A DNA stretch of 36,664 nt from Armatimonadota bacterium (GCA_034722055.1 JAYENL010000132.1:1-36664), one strand, 5' to 3'; numbered from the stretch's first letter, positions 7,812-18,585 are shown. Notes: generated by a model from the letters alone, not told the origin. Numbers and translations are program-made.

Positions 7812-8468
7812 GTGACCGCTGGACAGGCCCAGGCGGCCGGACGGGGCATACTCCTGGTGGTGGCCGGGCCCTCAGGCGTCGGAAAGGGCACGCTGATCGC
7901 AGGACTGCGGGAGCGGCATCCGCACATCGAATGGTCGGTCTCCTGCACCACCCGCAGACCTCGGCCCGGAGAGGTCCCGGGCCACGACTACCACTTCATC
8001 GGCGAGGACGAGTTCCGGCGCATGATGCGCGAGGGCGAGCTGCTGGAGTGGGCCGTCGTTCACGGCACCGACCTCTACGGCACCCCGCGAGCGCCGGTGG
8101 AGGAGGCCCTGGCGGCGGGCCGCGACATGGTGGTGGAGATCGACTATCAGGGCGCCCGCAGCCTGCGCGAGGCGCTGCCGGAGGCCGTCCTGGTCTTCGT
8201 GGCGCCTCCGGACCTGGCGGCGCTGTGCGAGCGGCTGGAGGGGCGGAACACCGAATCGGAGGGCGCAGTGCGGCGCAGGCTGCACAGCGCACGGACCGAG
8301 TTCCGGCACATGGGCATGTTCGAGTATGTGATCGTCAACGACGAGCTGCAGCCGGCCATCGAGGCGCTCGTGGCCATCTACGAGGCGGAGCGCCAGCGCA
8401 TCTCGCGCGCGAACTGGCGCGCGCTGCAGGCCAGGCTGCTGGCCGACCTGCCGGACCTGGAGGGGTAG
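7812..8468 (+). CDS. gmk: Guanylate kinase
   Basis: GPSGVGKGT P-loop, SVSCTTRRPRPGEVPGHDYHF, LEWA.VHG..YGTP, EIDYQGA, IVNDEL. Start is GTG 7812 or ATG 7788. Confidence 0.96.
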   Translation: MTAGQAQAAGRGILLVVAGPSGVGKGTLIAGLRERHPHIEWSVSCTTRRPRPGEVPGHDYHFIGEDEFRRMMREGELLEWAVVHGTDLYGTPRAPVEEALAAGRDMVVEIDYQGARSLREALPEAVLVFVAPPDLAALCERLEGRNTESEGAVRRRLHSARTEFRHMGMFEYVIVNDELQPAIEALVAIYEAERQRISRANWRALQARLLADLPDLEG

Positions 8469-8471
8469 ACG

Positions 8472-9686
8472 ATGGCGCGTGAGGCGCTGCGGGGGAGGCG
8501 AATTGTCGTCGCGGTGACCGGCGGAATCGCGGCCTACAAGGCCTGCGACCTGGTCAGCGCGCTGGCCAGGGCCGGGGCAGAGGTTCGGGTGGTCATGACC
8601 CGCAACGCGCAGCGCTTCGTCGGTCCCTTGAGCTTCGCCACGCTCAGCGGCAGCGAGGTCTCCTGCGATATGTGGGCGGAGCGCGATGACATCGGGCACA
8701 TCTCCCTGGCTGACTTCGCGCAGGCGGTCATCATCGCCCCCGCGACCGCGAACATCATCGGCAAGTACGCGTCCGGCATCGCCGACGATCTGCTCTCGAC
8801 CGCCCTGCTGACCTTTGACTGCCCGGTGATCGTGGCGCCGGCGATGAACACGCGCATGCTCGACAGCGACGCCGTTCAGGGCAATCTCCGGACGCTGCGG
8901 GAGCGGGGCGTGCGCGTCGTGGAGCCCGAGGAGGGCCGGCTGGCCTGCGGCCATGTGGGCCCCGGGCGCCTCCCACCCACGGAGGTGCTGCTGGATGCGT
9001 TGGAGGAGTCCCTGGGCGTCGGCGGGCCTCTGTCCGGGGTGCGGGTGCTGGTGACGGCCGGCCCCACGCGCGAGCCGCTGGACCCGGTGCGCTTCATCAG
9101 CAATCCGTCCAGCGGGAAGATGGGCTACGCGCTGGCGGAGGAGGCGGTGCGTCGTGGCGCCTCGGCGGTGCTGATCAGCGGCCCGGTGGCCCTGCCGGAG
9201 CCGGCTGGCGTGGCGGTCACGCGGGTGAGCACCGCCGCGCAGATGCACGATGCGGTGGAGGCCCACGCCGGCGAGGTGGACCTGTTCATCGGCGCCGCGG
9301 CGGTCGCCGACTGGCGGCCGGCGCAGCCCAGCGACGAGAAGCTGAAGAAGTCGGGGCGCGAGGAGATGACGCTGCATCTGACGCGCACGCCGGACATCAT
9401 CGCCGGGGTCGCTGGGTGGAACCCGAGGCCCGTGGTTGTGGGCTTTGCGGCCGAGACCGGCGACCTCCTCGCAAACGCCGCACAGAAGCTGCAGGAGAAG
9501 GGCCTCGACCTCATCGTGGCGAACGACGTGGGCCGAGCGGACATCGGCTTTGGCGCCGATGCGAACGAGGTGGCCCTGATCGACGCATCCGGCCACCAGC
9601 AGCGACTTCCCAGAATGACCAAGGCCGAGGTGGCCCGCGCGGTGCTGGACGCCGCGCAGGTGCTGCTGCCTCGGGACGTGGGCTGA
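8472..9686 (+). CDS. coaBC: Phosphopantothenoylcysteine decarboxylase/ligase
   Basis: VTGGIAAYKA, APATAN, APAMN, LACG..GPGRL, VTAGPTREPLDPVRFISNPSSGKMG, VGFAAET, IVANDV. Confidence 0.97.
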   Translation: MAREALRGRRIVVAVTGGIAAYKACDLVSALARAGAEVRVVMTRNAQRFVGPLSFATLSGSEVSCDMWAERDDIGHISLADFAQAVIIAPATANIIGKYASGIADDLLSTALLTFDCPVIVAPAMNTRMLDSDAVQGNLRTLRERGVRVVEPEEGRLACGHVGPGRLPPTEVLLDALEESLGVGGPLSGVRVLVTAGPTREPLDPVRFISNPSSGKMGYALAEEAVRRGASAVLISGPVALPEPAGVAVTRVSTAAQMHDAVEAHAGEVDLFIGAAAVADWRPAQPSDEKLKKSGREEMTLHLTRTPDIIAGVAGWNPRPVVVGFAAETGDLLANAAQKLQEKGLDLIVANDVGRADIGFGADANEVALIDASGHQQRLPRMTKAEVARAVLDAAQVLLPRDVG

Positions 9687-9711
9687 CGCAAGCCGGTAAG
9701 GAGGAGCAGAA

Positions 9712-10860
9712 TTGGCTCAGAAGTCCTTCACCTTCACGTCGGAGTCCGTGACCGAGGGCCATCCCGACAAGGTCTGCGACCAGATCTCAGACGCGGTGCT
9801 GGACCATGTGATGGACAACGATCCCGGCGGCCGGGTCGCCATCGAGACGCTGGTGACCACCGGCACCTGCATCGTCGCGGGGGAGATGACCACAACCTGC
9901 TACGTCCCGGTTGATGAGGTCGCCCGCGGCGTCCTCGAGGACATCGGCTATACTCGCGCCAAGTACGGTTTCGACTCAGAGACCGTGGGCGTCCTGACCG
10001 CCATCCACGCCCAGTCTTCGAATATCGCGCAGGGAGTGGACATCGGCGGCGCCGGCGACCAGGGCATGATGTTCGGCTTCGCCTGCGATGAGACGGATAC
10101 GTACATGCCCATGCCCATCCATCTGGCCCACCGCCTGGCTGAGCGCCTGGCGCGGGTGCGAAAGACCGGTCAGTTGGATTACCTGCGGCCGGATGGGAAG
10201 ACCCAGGTGACTGTGCGCTACGAGGACGGTCGCCCGGCGGAGGTCACCAAGGTCCTGCTGGCAGCTCAGCACAAACGCGGCATGGACCAGGATGAGATCC
10301 GCTCCGACCTCATCCAGTACGTGGTGGACCCGGTGATCCCGGACGAGCTGCACGGGGACGACATGGAGTATCTGGTCAACCGCACGGGGGTCTTCGAGAT
10401 CGGCGGGCCGCAGGCGGACACGGGGCTGACGGGCCGGAAGGTCATCGTGGACACCTACGGCGGCTACTCCCGCCACGGGGGAGGGTGCTTCTCGGGCAAG
10501 GACGCCACCAAGGTGGACCGCTCCGGGAGCTACTTCGCGCGCTACGTGGCGAAGAACGTGGTGGCGGCGGGGCTGGCCTCCAAGTGCGAGATCGAGGTGG
10601 CCTACGCCATCGGCGAGTCCGACCCGTTCTCGATCGCGGTGTTCTGCTTCGGGACCGAGGTCATCCCCGAGGAGCGCATCGAGCAGATCATCATCGACAA
10701 CTTCAACTTCAGCCCGCGCGCCATGATCGAGCATCTCAAGCTCCGGCGCCCCATCTTCCGCAAGACCGCCGTCTACGGGCACTTCGGCCGCGAGGATGAT
10801 GACTTCACGTGGGAGCGGCTCGACGCCGTGGACATGCTTCGGGAAGAGGCGGGGCTTTGA
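9712..10860 (+). CDS. metK: S-adenosylmethionine synthetase
   Basis: [61 protein letters not shown] start after AAGGAGGAG. Confidence 0.98.
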   Translation: MAQKSFTFTSESVTEGHPDKVCDQISDAVLDHVMDNDPGGRVAIETLVTTGTCIVAGEMTTTCYVPVDEVARGVLEDIGYTRAKYGFDSETVGVLTAIHAQSSNIAQGVDIGGAGDQGMMFGFACDETDTYMPMPIHLAHRLAERLARVRKTGQLDYLRPDGKTQVTVRYEDGRPAEVTKVLLAAQHKRGMDQDEIRSDLIQYVVDPVIPDELHGDDMEYLVNRTGVFEIGGPQADTGLTGRKVIVDTYGGYSRHGGGCFSGKDATKVDRSGSYFARYVAKNVVAAGLASKCEIEVAYAIGESDPFSIAVFCFGTEVIPEERIEQIIIDNFNFSPRAMIEHLKLRRPIFRKTAVYGHFGREDDDFTWERLDAVDMLREEAGL

Positions 10861-13403
10861 CCCGGCGCCGCGAGCAGCCGCGACTGCTGGACCCGGGGCT
10901 GTCGGACAGCGACGAGCCCTGCGATCAGCGAGAGTCCGACCGCTACGCGCAGGTGGTCGTGGACCAGCCCGGCCGCGGCCTCGACGTCGAGCTCACCTAC
11001 GCCATGCCCGCCCACCTTGAGCGCGATCTCAGGGTGGGCAGCTACGTTCTGGTGCCACTGGCGGGCCGCCGGGTGTCCGGGTGGGTGACCGGCTTCACGA
11101 CCGAGCCACCCGACGTGCGCATCCGGCCCATCGCGCGCCTGTTGGTGGACGAGCCGGTCTTCGACGAGCGGGGGCTGGAACTGGCGCGCTGGATGGCGGA
11201 GCATTACCTGTGCCCGCTGCGGGACGCGCTTCGCTGCCTCCTGCCGCCCGGGGGCGGCCGGGAGACTCAATCCCACGTTCACCTGGCCGGAGAGGACCCC
11301 GACAGGGCGCTTGACGAGCTGTCCCGCGCCCCCAGGCAGCGTCAGGTCTTCGAGGCGGTGGCCGGCGCGACCGAGGCCCTGGAGCTCGACAGCCTGATCG
11401 GGCTTCTGCAGCAGGACGATCCCTCGGCCAGCCGATCCGTGGTCACCTCGGCGCTGAAGGCGCTTCAGGACCGGGGGCTGGTGCGCGTCACGCGCTCGCT
11501 GGCCCCGCCGCGGGTGCGCGAGCGCCGCCAGCAGGTGGCACGGCCGGGCGACCGGGAGGACTGGGACGCGGTGCTGCAGGAGCTGGAGGACCGCGCCCCG
11601 CGGCAGGCGGAGACGCTCCGGGAGCTGCTGCAGGCCGGGGAGGGCGTGCTGGTGGCGGACCTGTCCCGAAGCGCCGTGGGCGCCCTGGAGGAGAAGGGCC
11701 TGGTGACGGTGGCCGAGGAGGCCGTCCGCCGCCGTCCTGAGGAGGCCGAGCTGGAGGGTGAGCCGGCGCAGTTCCTGTCGCTGACGGAGCATCAGCAGTG
11801 GGCCTTCGAGCAGATCCAGGAGGCGCTGGGAGCCGGCCGCTACCACGGAGTGCTGCTGCACGGGGTGACGGGCTCGGGCAAGACCGAGGTCTACCTTCAC
11901 GCCATCGCCTCGACGCTCGAGCAGTGCCGCGGGGCCATCGTGCTGGTGCCTGAGATCGCGCTGACGCCGCAGATGGTGGGGCGCTTCCGGGCGCGCTTCG
12001 GGGAGCGGCTGGCGCTGCTGCACAGTGCGCTCAGCGCCGGTGAGCGCTACGATGAGTGGGCGCGGATCGAGCGTGGCGACGCGGACCTGGTGGTGGGCGC
12101 CAGGTCGGCGATCTTCGCGCCACTGCAGGACATCGGCGTCATCGTGGTGGACGAGGAGAACGAGCGGGCGTACAAGCAGGAGAGCCCGCCGCGCTACCAC
12201 GCGGTGGAGGTGGCGGGCCGTCGCGCCAGGCAGCATGACGCGGTGCTCATCCTGGGCGGCGCCACGCCCTCGCTGGAGAGCTATCACCGCGCCCGGAGCG
12301 AGGACGGCGAGCTGACGCTGTGCCATCTACCGGAGCGCATCGACAGCCGGCCGCTGCCCGACGTGGAGGTCATTGACCTGCGCGGCGAGACCCTCATGGG
12401 CCGGGGCGGCACCTTCAGCCAGCGCCTCCTCGACGCCCTCTCCGAGTGCCTCGCGCGCCGCGAGCAGGCGATGCTCTTCCTCAACCGCCGGGGCTTCTCC
12501 ACCTTCGTGATGTGCCGGAGCTGCGGCTTCACCCTCGGCTGCCCCGACTGCTCCGTCTCGCTCATCTACCACCACGACTCGCGGGAGATGCGCTGTCACC
12601 ACTGCGACTTCTCAGTTCCCGTGCCCGACGAGTGCCCCGCCTGCGAGTCCGAGGACATCGGCTTTCACGGCCTGGGCACCGAGCGCGTCGCCGACCAGAT
12701 CGCGCGGGAGTTCGACGACGCCAGCGTGCTGCGCATGGACCGCGACACCACGCAGAGGAAGGGCGCCTATACTCGCATCCTGCGGCAGTTTGCTGCAGGG
12801 GAGGCCGACATCCTCATCGGCACGCAGATGATCGCTAAGGGCCACGACTTCCCGCGCGTGACCCTGGTGGGGGTGCTCAACGCCGACACCGGACTGAACC
12901 GCCCCGACTTCCGGGCCTCGGAGCACACCTTCCAGCTCCTCACGCAGGTCGCCGGCAGGGCCGGGCGGGCCGACAGGCCCGGGCGAGTGCTGGTGCAGAC
13001 CTACAACCCCGATCACATCGCCATCACCGCCGCCAGCCGGCACGACTACGAGGCCTTCTACCGTCACGAGCTTGCCAAGCGGCGCGAGAACATGTATCCT
13101 CCCTTTGCGAGGCTCATCAACCTGACGATCAGCGACGAGGACCAGGAGCGGACGCTGCAGATCGCCAGGCGACTGGCCTACGAGCTGCAGGAGCGGGGGG
13201 TGCGACACAAGCGGGGCGAGCGGCAGTTCGTGGGACCGGCGCAGGCGCCGCTTGCGCGGTTGCGTGGACGCTACCGCTACCATCTGCTGCTGAAGGGGCG
13301 GGAGATCGGCGACCTGCGTGCAGCACTCGTGGACGCACTGGACGGCCTAGGCGATGATGCGGCGGCCGTGATAGCGGACGTTGATCCGTTGGACATGATG
13401 TGA
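10857..13403 (+). CDS. priA: Primosomal protein N' (replication restart helicase)
   Basis: [21 protein letters not shown], four CxxC pairs, [24 protein letters not shown] end. TTG at 10857 overlaps the metK stop. Confidence 0.96.
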   Translation: MTRRREQPRLLDPGLSDSDEPCDQRESDRYAQVVVDQPGRGLDVELTYAMPAHLERDLRVGSYVLVPLAGRRVSGWVTGFTTEPPDVRIRPIARLLVDEPVFDERGLELARWMAEHYLCPLRDALRCLLPPGGGRETQSHVHLAGEDPDRALDELSRAPRQRQVFEAVAGATEALELDSLIGLLQQDDPSASRSVVTSALKALQDRGLVRVTRSLAPPRVRERRQQVARPGDREDWDAVLQELEDRAPRQAETLRELLQAGEGVLVADLSRSAVGALEEKGLVTVAEEAVRRRPEEAELEGEPAQFLSLTEHQQWAFEQIQEALGAGRYHGVLLHGVTGSGKTEVYLHAIASTLEQCRGAIVLVPEIALTPQMVGRFRARFGERLALLHSALSAGERYDEWARIERGDADLVVGARSAIFAPLQDIGVIVVDEENERAYKQESPPRYHAVEVAGRRARQHDAVLILGGATPSLESYHRARSEDGELTLCHLPERIDSRPLPDVEVIDLRGETLMGRGGTFSQRLLDALSECLARREQAMLFLNRRGFSTFVMCRSCGFTLGCPDCSVSLIYHHDSREMRCHHCDFSVPVPDECPACESEDIGFHGLGTERVADQIAREFDDASVLRMDRDTTQRKGAYTRILRQFAAGEADILIGTQMIAKGHDFPRVTLVGVLNADTGLNRPDFRASEHTFQLLTQVAGRAGRADRPGRVLVQTYNPDHIAITAASRHDYEAFYRHELAKRRENMYPPFARLINLTISDEDQERTLQIARRLAYELQERGVRHKRGERQFVGPAQAPLARLRGRYRYHLLLKGREIGDLRAALVDALDGLGDDAAAVIADVDPLDMM

Positions 13404-13442
13404 CTGCTGCGGGCGCCCCGGCCCGCTTTGCGAGGCATACCG

Positions 13443-14012
13443 ATGGCTGTCAGACGCATCGTGTACTGTGGCCACCCCGCGCTCAGGCGGAGGGCCAAGC
13501 GCGTCAAGCGTATCGATGATGACATCATCGAGCTTGCGCGGGATCTGCGTGAGACCATGCTGGAGGCGGGCGGTCTGGGCCTGGCCGCGGCACAGCTCGG
13601 GGAGTCGCTCGCCGTCGTAACCGTCCTGCGGGACCCCGGGGAGAATGACGTCGTCGAGCTCATCAACCCCAGGATCGTGGAGCAGGAGGGGGAGCAGGAG
13701 GGCTCCGAGGGGTGTCTGAGCCTCCCGACGCTGCGGGGCACTGTCATCCGCCCCGAGCACATCGTGGTGAAGGCCGCGGATATCAGCGGCGAGGAGGTCA
13801 CTGTCGAGGGCCGCAACCTGATGGCGCGGTGTCTGGCCCACGAGCTCGACCACGTGGAGGGCATGCTCTTTACGGATCGGGCCGAGCCCGATACCCTGTG
13901 CTGGATCCGGCCCGATGACAGCGAGGAGTCCGGCTATCGCACGGAGCCGACCACGCTCGAGGAGGCCGAGGAGGCCTTCGAGCGTCTGCGCAGGCAGCGT
14001 GGTGAATCGTAG
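13443..14012 (+). CDS. def: Peptide deformylase
   Basis: GLGLAAAQ, EGCLS, HELDH motifs. Confidence 0.96.
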   Translation: MAVRRIVYCGHPALRRRAKRVKRIDDDIIELARDLRETMLEAGGLGLAAAQLGESLAVVTVLRDPGENDVVELINPRIVEQEGEQEGSEGCLSLPTLRGTVIRPEHIVVKAADISGEEVTVEGRNLMARCLAHELDHVEGMLFTDRAEPDTLCWIRPDDSEESGYRTEPTTLEEAEEAFERLRRQRGES

Positions 14013-14015
14013 CGG

Positions 14016-14954
14016 ATGCGCATCGCGTTCTTCGGCACGCCGCCGCCGGCCGTGCCCTACCTGCGGGCCGTGGATGATGCGGGCCATGATGTCGTGGCCG
14101 CGGTCACTCAGCCCGACCGTCCGGCGGGGCGGGGCCGGACGCTGCAGCCCAGCGCCGTGAAGGTCGCCGCCGAGGAGCATGGGCTGCCGGTCATGACGCC
14201 TGAGTCCGCGGCCGATGACGACTTTCTGCGGGCTCTGAGCGGCAAAAGGCCGGATCTGGGCGTTGTGGTGGCGTACGGGCAGATTCTCGTTCGTGAGCTG
14301 CTGGAGCTGCCAGCACTGGGCTTTGTGAATGTACATTACTCGCTGCTGCCGGAGCTGCGTGGCGCTGCTCCCGTCTACGGCGCGTTGCGGCAGGGCCTGG
14401 ATCGCACCGGGGTCACAGTGCAGTTCATGGCCGAGGAGCTGGACGCCGGCGACATCATCCTCCAGCGCGAGATGTCGATTGAGCCTGAGGACAACAGGGA
14501 GACGCTCACCAATCGGCTCACGGAGGTCGGCGTGGGCCTACTTTTGGAGAGTATGGAGCTGATCGAGGCCGGAAAGGCCCCGCGCGTCGAGCAGGACCAC
14601 TCGCGGGCGACCTACGTGGGCCGGGTGAGCGTGGAGGATTGCCGGATCGAGTGGAGCGCTGACGCCGGTGATGTGAGGAACCTGGTGCGGGCATGTACGC
14701 CCTGGCCTGGAGCGTGGTGCATGCTGCGGGACACGCGGGTGAAGGTGCAAGACGTTGCAGTCGTGCAAAATGTCTTAACGCAAGAAGGGAGGCCGGGGGA
14801 GATCGTCGAAATCCCCAACAGCGGGGGGCCGGTGGTGCTTGCCGGGGACCACGCCGTCGAGATCCGGCGGTTGCAGCCGGCCGGACGGCAGCCGATGTCC
14901 GGGGAGGAGTTCCTGCGCGGCGCCAGACTGGAGGTCGGTGACTGCTTCGACTAG
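14016..14954 (+). CDS. fmt: Methionyl-tRNA formyltransferase
   Basis: MRIAFFGTP, VTQPDRPAGRG, VVAYGQIL, NVHYSLLP.LRGAAP, LDAGDI, PWPGA. Follows def. Confidence 0.97.
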   Translation: MRIAFFGTPPPAVPYLRAVDDAGHDVVAAVTQPDRPAGRGRTLQPSAVKVAAEEHGLPVMTPESAADDDFLRALSGKRPDLGVVVAYGQILVRELLELPALGFVNVHYSLLPELRGAAPVYGALRQGLDRTGVTVQFMAEELDAGDIILQREMSIEPEDNRETLTNRLTEVGVGLLLESMELIEAGKAPRVEQDHSRATYVGRVSVEDCRIEWSADAGDVRNLVRACTPWPGAWCMLRDTRVKVQDVAVVQNVLTQEGRPGEIVEIPNSGGPVVLAGDHAVEIRRLQPAGRQPMSGEEFLRGARLEVGDCFD

Positions 14955-15042
14955 CGGCGCCGGCGGCGACCACGCCATCATGACTACGTAGGGCAAGCAG
15001 GAGATCGCGAGCGATCGAGTCCGGGCGTGGAGGACGCACCTG

Positions 15043-15402
15043 ATGGGTTCGGGCGACGAAATGCTTGAGCAGGCCCACGAGCATCGCATCAACGGCGAGT
15101 ACGACCAGGCCATGCAGCTCTACGAGCAGGTGCTGGCTGATGAGGCCCAGCATGCCGAGGCGCTGTGGGGCCTGGGACTGTCGTTGATGAACACCGGGGA
15201 GTTCGACGAGGCGCTTGAGAAGATCGCTCAGGCCGCCGAGCTCGAGCCCACCAACCAGCAGTACCTGCTTGACGCCGGCAAGCATTACACCATGCTGGGG
15301 ATGTACGACGAGGCCAGACCCTACTTCGAGCGCACCGTGGAGATCGACCCCAGCTCCAAGCAAGGGGTCGAGGCCCAGAAGCAGCTTTCCTACTACGATT
15401 GA
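15043..15402 (+). CDS. Small tetratricopeptide repeat protein
   Basis: Three TPR-like units (GEYDQAMQLYEQVL, AEALWGLG..GEFDEALE..AAELEP, LGMYDEA..YFERTVEIDP). GGAGG RBS. Confidence 0.85.
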   Translation: MGSGDEMLEQAHEHRINGEYDQAMQLYEQVLADEAQHAEALWGLGLSLMNTGEFDEALEKIAQAAELEPTNQQYLLDAGKHYTMLGMYDEARPYFERTVEIDPSSKQGVEAQKQLSYYD

Positions 15403-15466
15403 GGCGGAAGGTGTGAGGGAGCCGGGTCCGAGGCGGCCTGCGGGCCGCGGATCCGGCTTTTCGGAT

Positions 15467-17305
15467 ATGATTCACGTGAGCTTCCAGCCCGGCGGCGAGG
15501 CCGGACAGGTGGAGCCGGGCCGCACGATCCTGGGCATCGCCGAGCAGCTTGGTGTGCCACTGACGGCCCCATGCGGGGGCCGCGGACGCTGCGGACGCTG
15601 CCGGGTCATCGTCAACGGGGGGGCCTCCGAGCCCAGTCGCGCGGAGCGGAATCTGCTGGCGGACGAGGAGCTGGGCGAGGGCGTGCGACTGGCCTGCAAT
15701 GCCCGGCTTCTCGAGGACGCGGAGGTGATCGTCCCCGCCGGCTCCCGCACGCTCGGCACGAAGATCCTCACGGAGGAGTCCCGGCGGCGCCTGGAGCTGT
15801 CACCGAACGTGGTCGCGCGGAGGTTGGAGCTTCCAGAGCCCAGCCTCGAGGACCAGCGCAGCGACGCAGGGCGCATCGCTGAGGGCCTTGGAGTCCCGGC
15901 GGGGGAGCTTCGCATCGATCACTCCGCGCTCAGGCAGTTGCCCGTGGTGCTGCGCGCCAACGACTTCGCGGGTACTGCCATCATGGTAGGTGACGTGCTC
16001 GCGGCGGTCCTGCCCCCCGACGATCAACCGTGCTGCCTGGGGGCGGCGATTGACATTGGCACCACGACAGTCGTGGCCTACCTGGTGGACCTGTGTACCG
16101 GCGAGCGAGTGGCCACCGCTTCGGCGCTCAACCCGCAGGCCCGGCACGGCCATGACGTCATCTCGCGCATCGAGCACGTGCAGACCTCGGCAAGCGGGCT
16201 CGAGGATATGCGCCGGGCGATCGTGGACTTGATCAACCGGCTGCTGGGCGAGGCGGTGGCGGAGGCCGGGGCGCAGCGCGGCGACATCTACGAGGTCACG
16301 GTCGTCGGCAACACCTGCATGCACCACCTCTTCCTGGGCCTCGACCCCAGCAACCTGGGGCAGGCGCCCTATGTGCCGGTGGTCCGACAGCCGGTTTCCA
16401 TCAGCCCACGCGACGCGGGGCTTGCAATCAATCCCGCTGGCAGCGTATACTGCCTGCCAGTTATCGCTGGCTTTGTCGGTGCCGACACCGTTGCTGTGCT
16501 GCTTGTGTCGCGGATCACCGAGCGGTCTCATCCCAGCTTGGCCATCGATATCGGCACCAACGCTGAGGTCATGCTGTGGTCGGGAGAGAGACTGCTGGTG
16601 ACCTCCTGCGCGGCGGGACCGGCTTTCGAGGGCGGGGAGATCAGCCACGGCGTGCGCGCGGCAGAGGGGGCTATCGAGTACGTGTGGCTCTACAACGGCC
16701 ACGTTGAGTACGCCACCATAGCCGACGCGGCGCCAAACGGCATCTGTGGCTCGGGGATCGTCGATACCGTTGCGACGCTCCTCGACGCCAGGGCGATGGA
16801 CAGAACCGGTCGGCTGGTGGACGCAGAGACGGCGGAGAAGCTCACCGGACCGATTGCCGGGAGCCTGCGGGGCGAGGGCTCGGAGCGGGAGTTTCTGCTG
16901 GCGCCCTCTGCGGGCAACGGCGGGAGGGAGATCGTCTTCACGCAAAGGGATGTGCGGCAAGTTCAGCTCGCGAAAGGTGCTGTGCGGGCGGCAGTGGAAC
17001 TGCTCTGCGCAGAGGCCGGCATCGAGGTGGCTCAGGTCAAGGAGGTCTTCCTGGCCGGCGCCTTCGGCAATTACATCGACCGGCGCAGCGCCGCGCGCAT
17101 GGGCCTGCTGCCGGACATTCCCATCGACGCCATAGAGAGCATCGGCAACGCCGCCGGTGCCGGTGCCCTGAGCGCCCTCATCTCGCTGGATGAACGCAGG
17201 CGGGCGATGGAGCTGGCGCAGGAGGCGGAATACGTGGAGCTGATGGCGGACCCGCAGTTCCAGATGGTGTTCGCTGACAGCATGTTCTTTCCAACGTCGG
17301 ACTGA
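15467..17305 (+). CDS. ASKHA-domain reductive activator of corrinoid proteins (RACo/DUF4445) with N-terminal 2Fe-2S domain
   Basis: CGGRGRCGRC...RLAC ferredoxin, AIDIGTTT, NPQ..HG.DVISRI, VGNT.MHHLFLG, DIGTNAE, AAGPAFEG, GICGSG, QLAKGA, LAGAFG, GNAA. Start ATG 15467 or GTG 15413. Confidence 0.93.
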   Translation: MIHVSFQPGGEAGQVEPGRTILGIAEQLGVPLTAPCGGRGRCGRCRVIVNGGASEPSRAERNLLADEELGEGVRLACNARLLEDAEVIVPAGSRTLGTKILTEESRRRLELSPNVVARRLELPEPSLEDQRSDAGRIAEGLGVPAGELRIDHSALRQLPVVLRANDFAGTAIMVGDVLAAVLPPDDQPCCLGAAIDIGTTTVVAYLVDLCTGERVATASALNPQARHGHDVISRIEHVQTSASGLEDMRRAIVDLINRLLGEAVAEAGAQRGDIYEVTVVGNTCMHHLFLGLDPSNLGQAPYVPVVRQPVSISPRDAGLAINPAGSVYCLPVIAGFVGADTVAVLLVSRITERSHPSLAIDIGTNAEVMLWSGERLLVTSCAAGPAFEGGEISHGVRAAEGAIEYVWLYNGHVEYATIADAAPNGICGSGIVDTVATLLDARAMDRTGRLVDAETAEKLTGPIAGSLRGEGSEREFLLAPSAGNGGREIVFTQRDVRQVQLAKGAVRAAVELLCAEAGIEVAQVKEVFLAGAFGNYIDRRSAARMGLLPDIPIDAIESIGNAAGAGALSALISLDERRRAMELAQEAEYVELMADPQFQMVFADSMFFPTSD

Positions 17306-17379
17306 CAGAGGCGTCACAGTGTGCCACCGCGGCGTGTCCGGGGCACGACGCAGCAACAGCGAACGGGAGGTACGACCAA

Positions 17380-18012
17380 ATGGCGGACCTGCAGGCACTG
17401 GCGGAGGCTGTCATCAACGGGCAGAAGGAAGAGGCCGAACAGCTCACCCAGGAGGCCATCGACGAGGGCGTGAGACCCGGCGAGATCATCAACGAGGGCC
17501 TCATCGCCGGGATGAGCGTGGTCGGCGAGAGGTTCAAGAACAACGAGTACTACGTGCCGGAGGTGCTGATCGCGGCACGGGCGATGCAGTCCGCCATGGC
17601 GAAGGTCAAGCCGCTGCTGACCGAGGGTGAGATGGAGACCCGCGGCAAGGTCGCCATCGGCACGGTGAAGGGTGACCTTCACGACATCGGCAAGAACCTC
17701 GTGGCCATGATGCTCGAGGGCGGCGGCTATGACGTCGTGGACCTGGAGGTCGATGTGGCGCCGGAGCAGTTCGTCAGCGCCACCACCGAGCAGGGCTGCA
17801 ACGTCGTGGCCCTCTCGGCGCTGCTGACCACCACCATGCCCTCCATGAAGGACACCATTGAGGCGCTGGAGGAGGCCGGCATCCGCGACCGGGTGAAGGT
17901 CATCATCGGCGGCGCGCCGGTTACCCAGAGCTACGCCGATGAGATCGGCGCCGACGGCTACGCGCCCGACGCTGCCTCCGCGGTAGACAAGCTCTCCGAA
18001 CTGCTGGCCTGA
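17380..18012 (+). CDS. Methyltransferase-associated corrinoid protein (B12-binding cap plus Rossmann domain)
   Basis: GLIAGMSVVGERF, VPEVL, GTVKGDLHDIGKNLV, LSALLTTTM, IIGGAPVT, IGADGY. Confidence 0.95.
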   Translation: MADLQALAEAVINGQKEEAEQLTQEAIDEGVRPGEIINEGLIAGMSVVGERFKNNEYYVPEVLIAARAMQSAMAKVKPLLTEGEMETRGKVAIGTVKGDLHDIGKNLVAMMLEGGGYDVVDLEVDVAPEQFVSATTEQGCNVVALSALLTTTMPSMKDTIEALEEAGIRDRVKVIIGGAPVTQSYADEIGADGYAPDAASAVDKLSELLA

Positions 18013-18048
18013 CGGCCGCGGCTCCGCCCGCAGGCGAAGCTCGCGCAG

Positions 18049-18092
18049 GAGCCATCGCTGCCAGTGTGCCTGCATGACGGCAGCGATGGCTC
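18049..18092 (+). terminator. 14-bp perfect hairpin after the corrinoid gene (terminator-like)
   Basis: GAGCCATCGCTGCC-16 nt-GGCAGCGATGGCTC followed by TCGTGTT; no true U tract. Confidence 0.5.
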
Positions 18093-18143
18093 TCGTGTTG
18101 CCGCGCGCCGCCCATATTGCTGCCCGCCGGGAGTGAATCAAGC

Positions 18144-18563
18144 GTGCCCATTCGCGCAATCCTGATGCTGCTCGTCGCGGTCTCCCTGGGAGCCGCGGGA
18201 CAGATCTGCCTCAAGCACGGCGTCAACCTGCTCGGCGGCGGCGCCTCCCCGCTGACTGTCCTCAAGGGCATCTTCACCCCCTATGTGCTCAGCGGCTTCG
18301 TGCTCTATGGCCTGAGCTCGCTGCTGTACCTCATCGCCCTCTCCCGGCTGGACCTCAGCTACGCCTACCCCTTCGTGGCGCTGAGCTTCGTGTTGGTCAT
18401 CGTTCTCTCCTGGCGGCTCCTCGGCGAGACGCTCCCTGGCTTGCGCATTGCGGGGCTGGCTCTGATCATGGCCGGGGTGCTCACCGTGGCGGTAAGCTAT
18501 CGCGCTGAGGCGACGCACGCCGGGCAGCCGGCGGTGGAGCAGACGATTGAGCCGGGCTCCTGA
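18144..18563 (+). CDS. Small 4-TM DMT/EamA (ArnE/ArnF-like) transporter, possible lipid-P-sugar flippase
   Basis: AAGQICLKHG, LSRLDLSYAYPFVALSFVLV, LLGE...RIAGLALIMAGV. Confidence 0.8.
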   Translation: MPIRAILMLLVAVSLGAAGQICLKHGVNLLGGGASPLTVLKGIFTPYVLSGFVLYGLSSLLYLIALSRLDLSYAYPFVALSFVLVIVLSWRLLGETLPGLRIAGLALIMAGVLTVAVSYRAEATHAGQPAVEQTIEPGS

Positions 18564-18585
18564 CCGGCCGCGCCCCTGGCTGGCA

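Noticed and set aside
7359..7951. Long N-terminal extensions of gmk (from 7359) and the amidohydrolase (from 7951)
   Set aside because: They run through the REP island and divergent promoters. Internal starts with RBS fit the family lengths.
15403..17379. Cobalamin riboswitch upstream of RACo or the corrinoid gene
   Set aside because: The intergenic gaps (15403-15466, 17306-17379) are only ~65-75 nt and show no B12-box or GGGAA...GCCCCCGC motifs.
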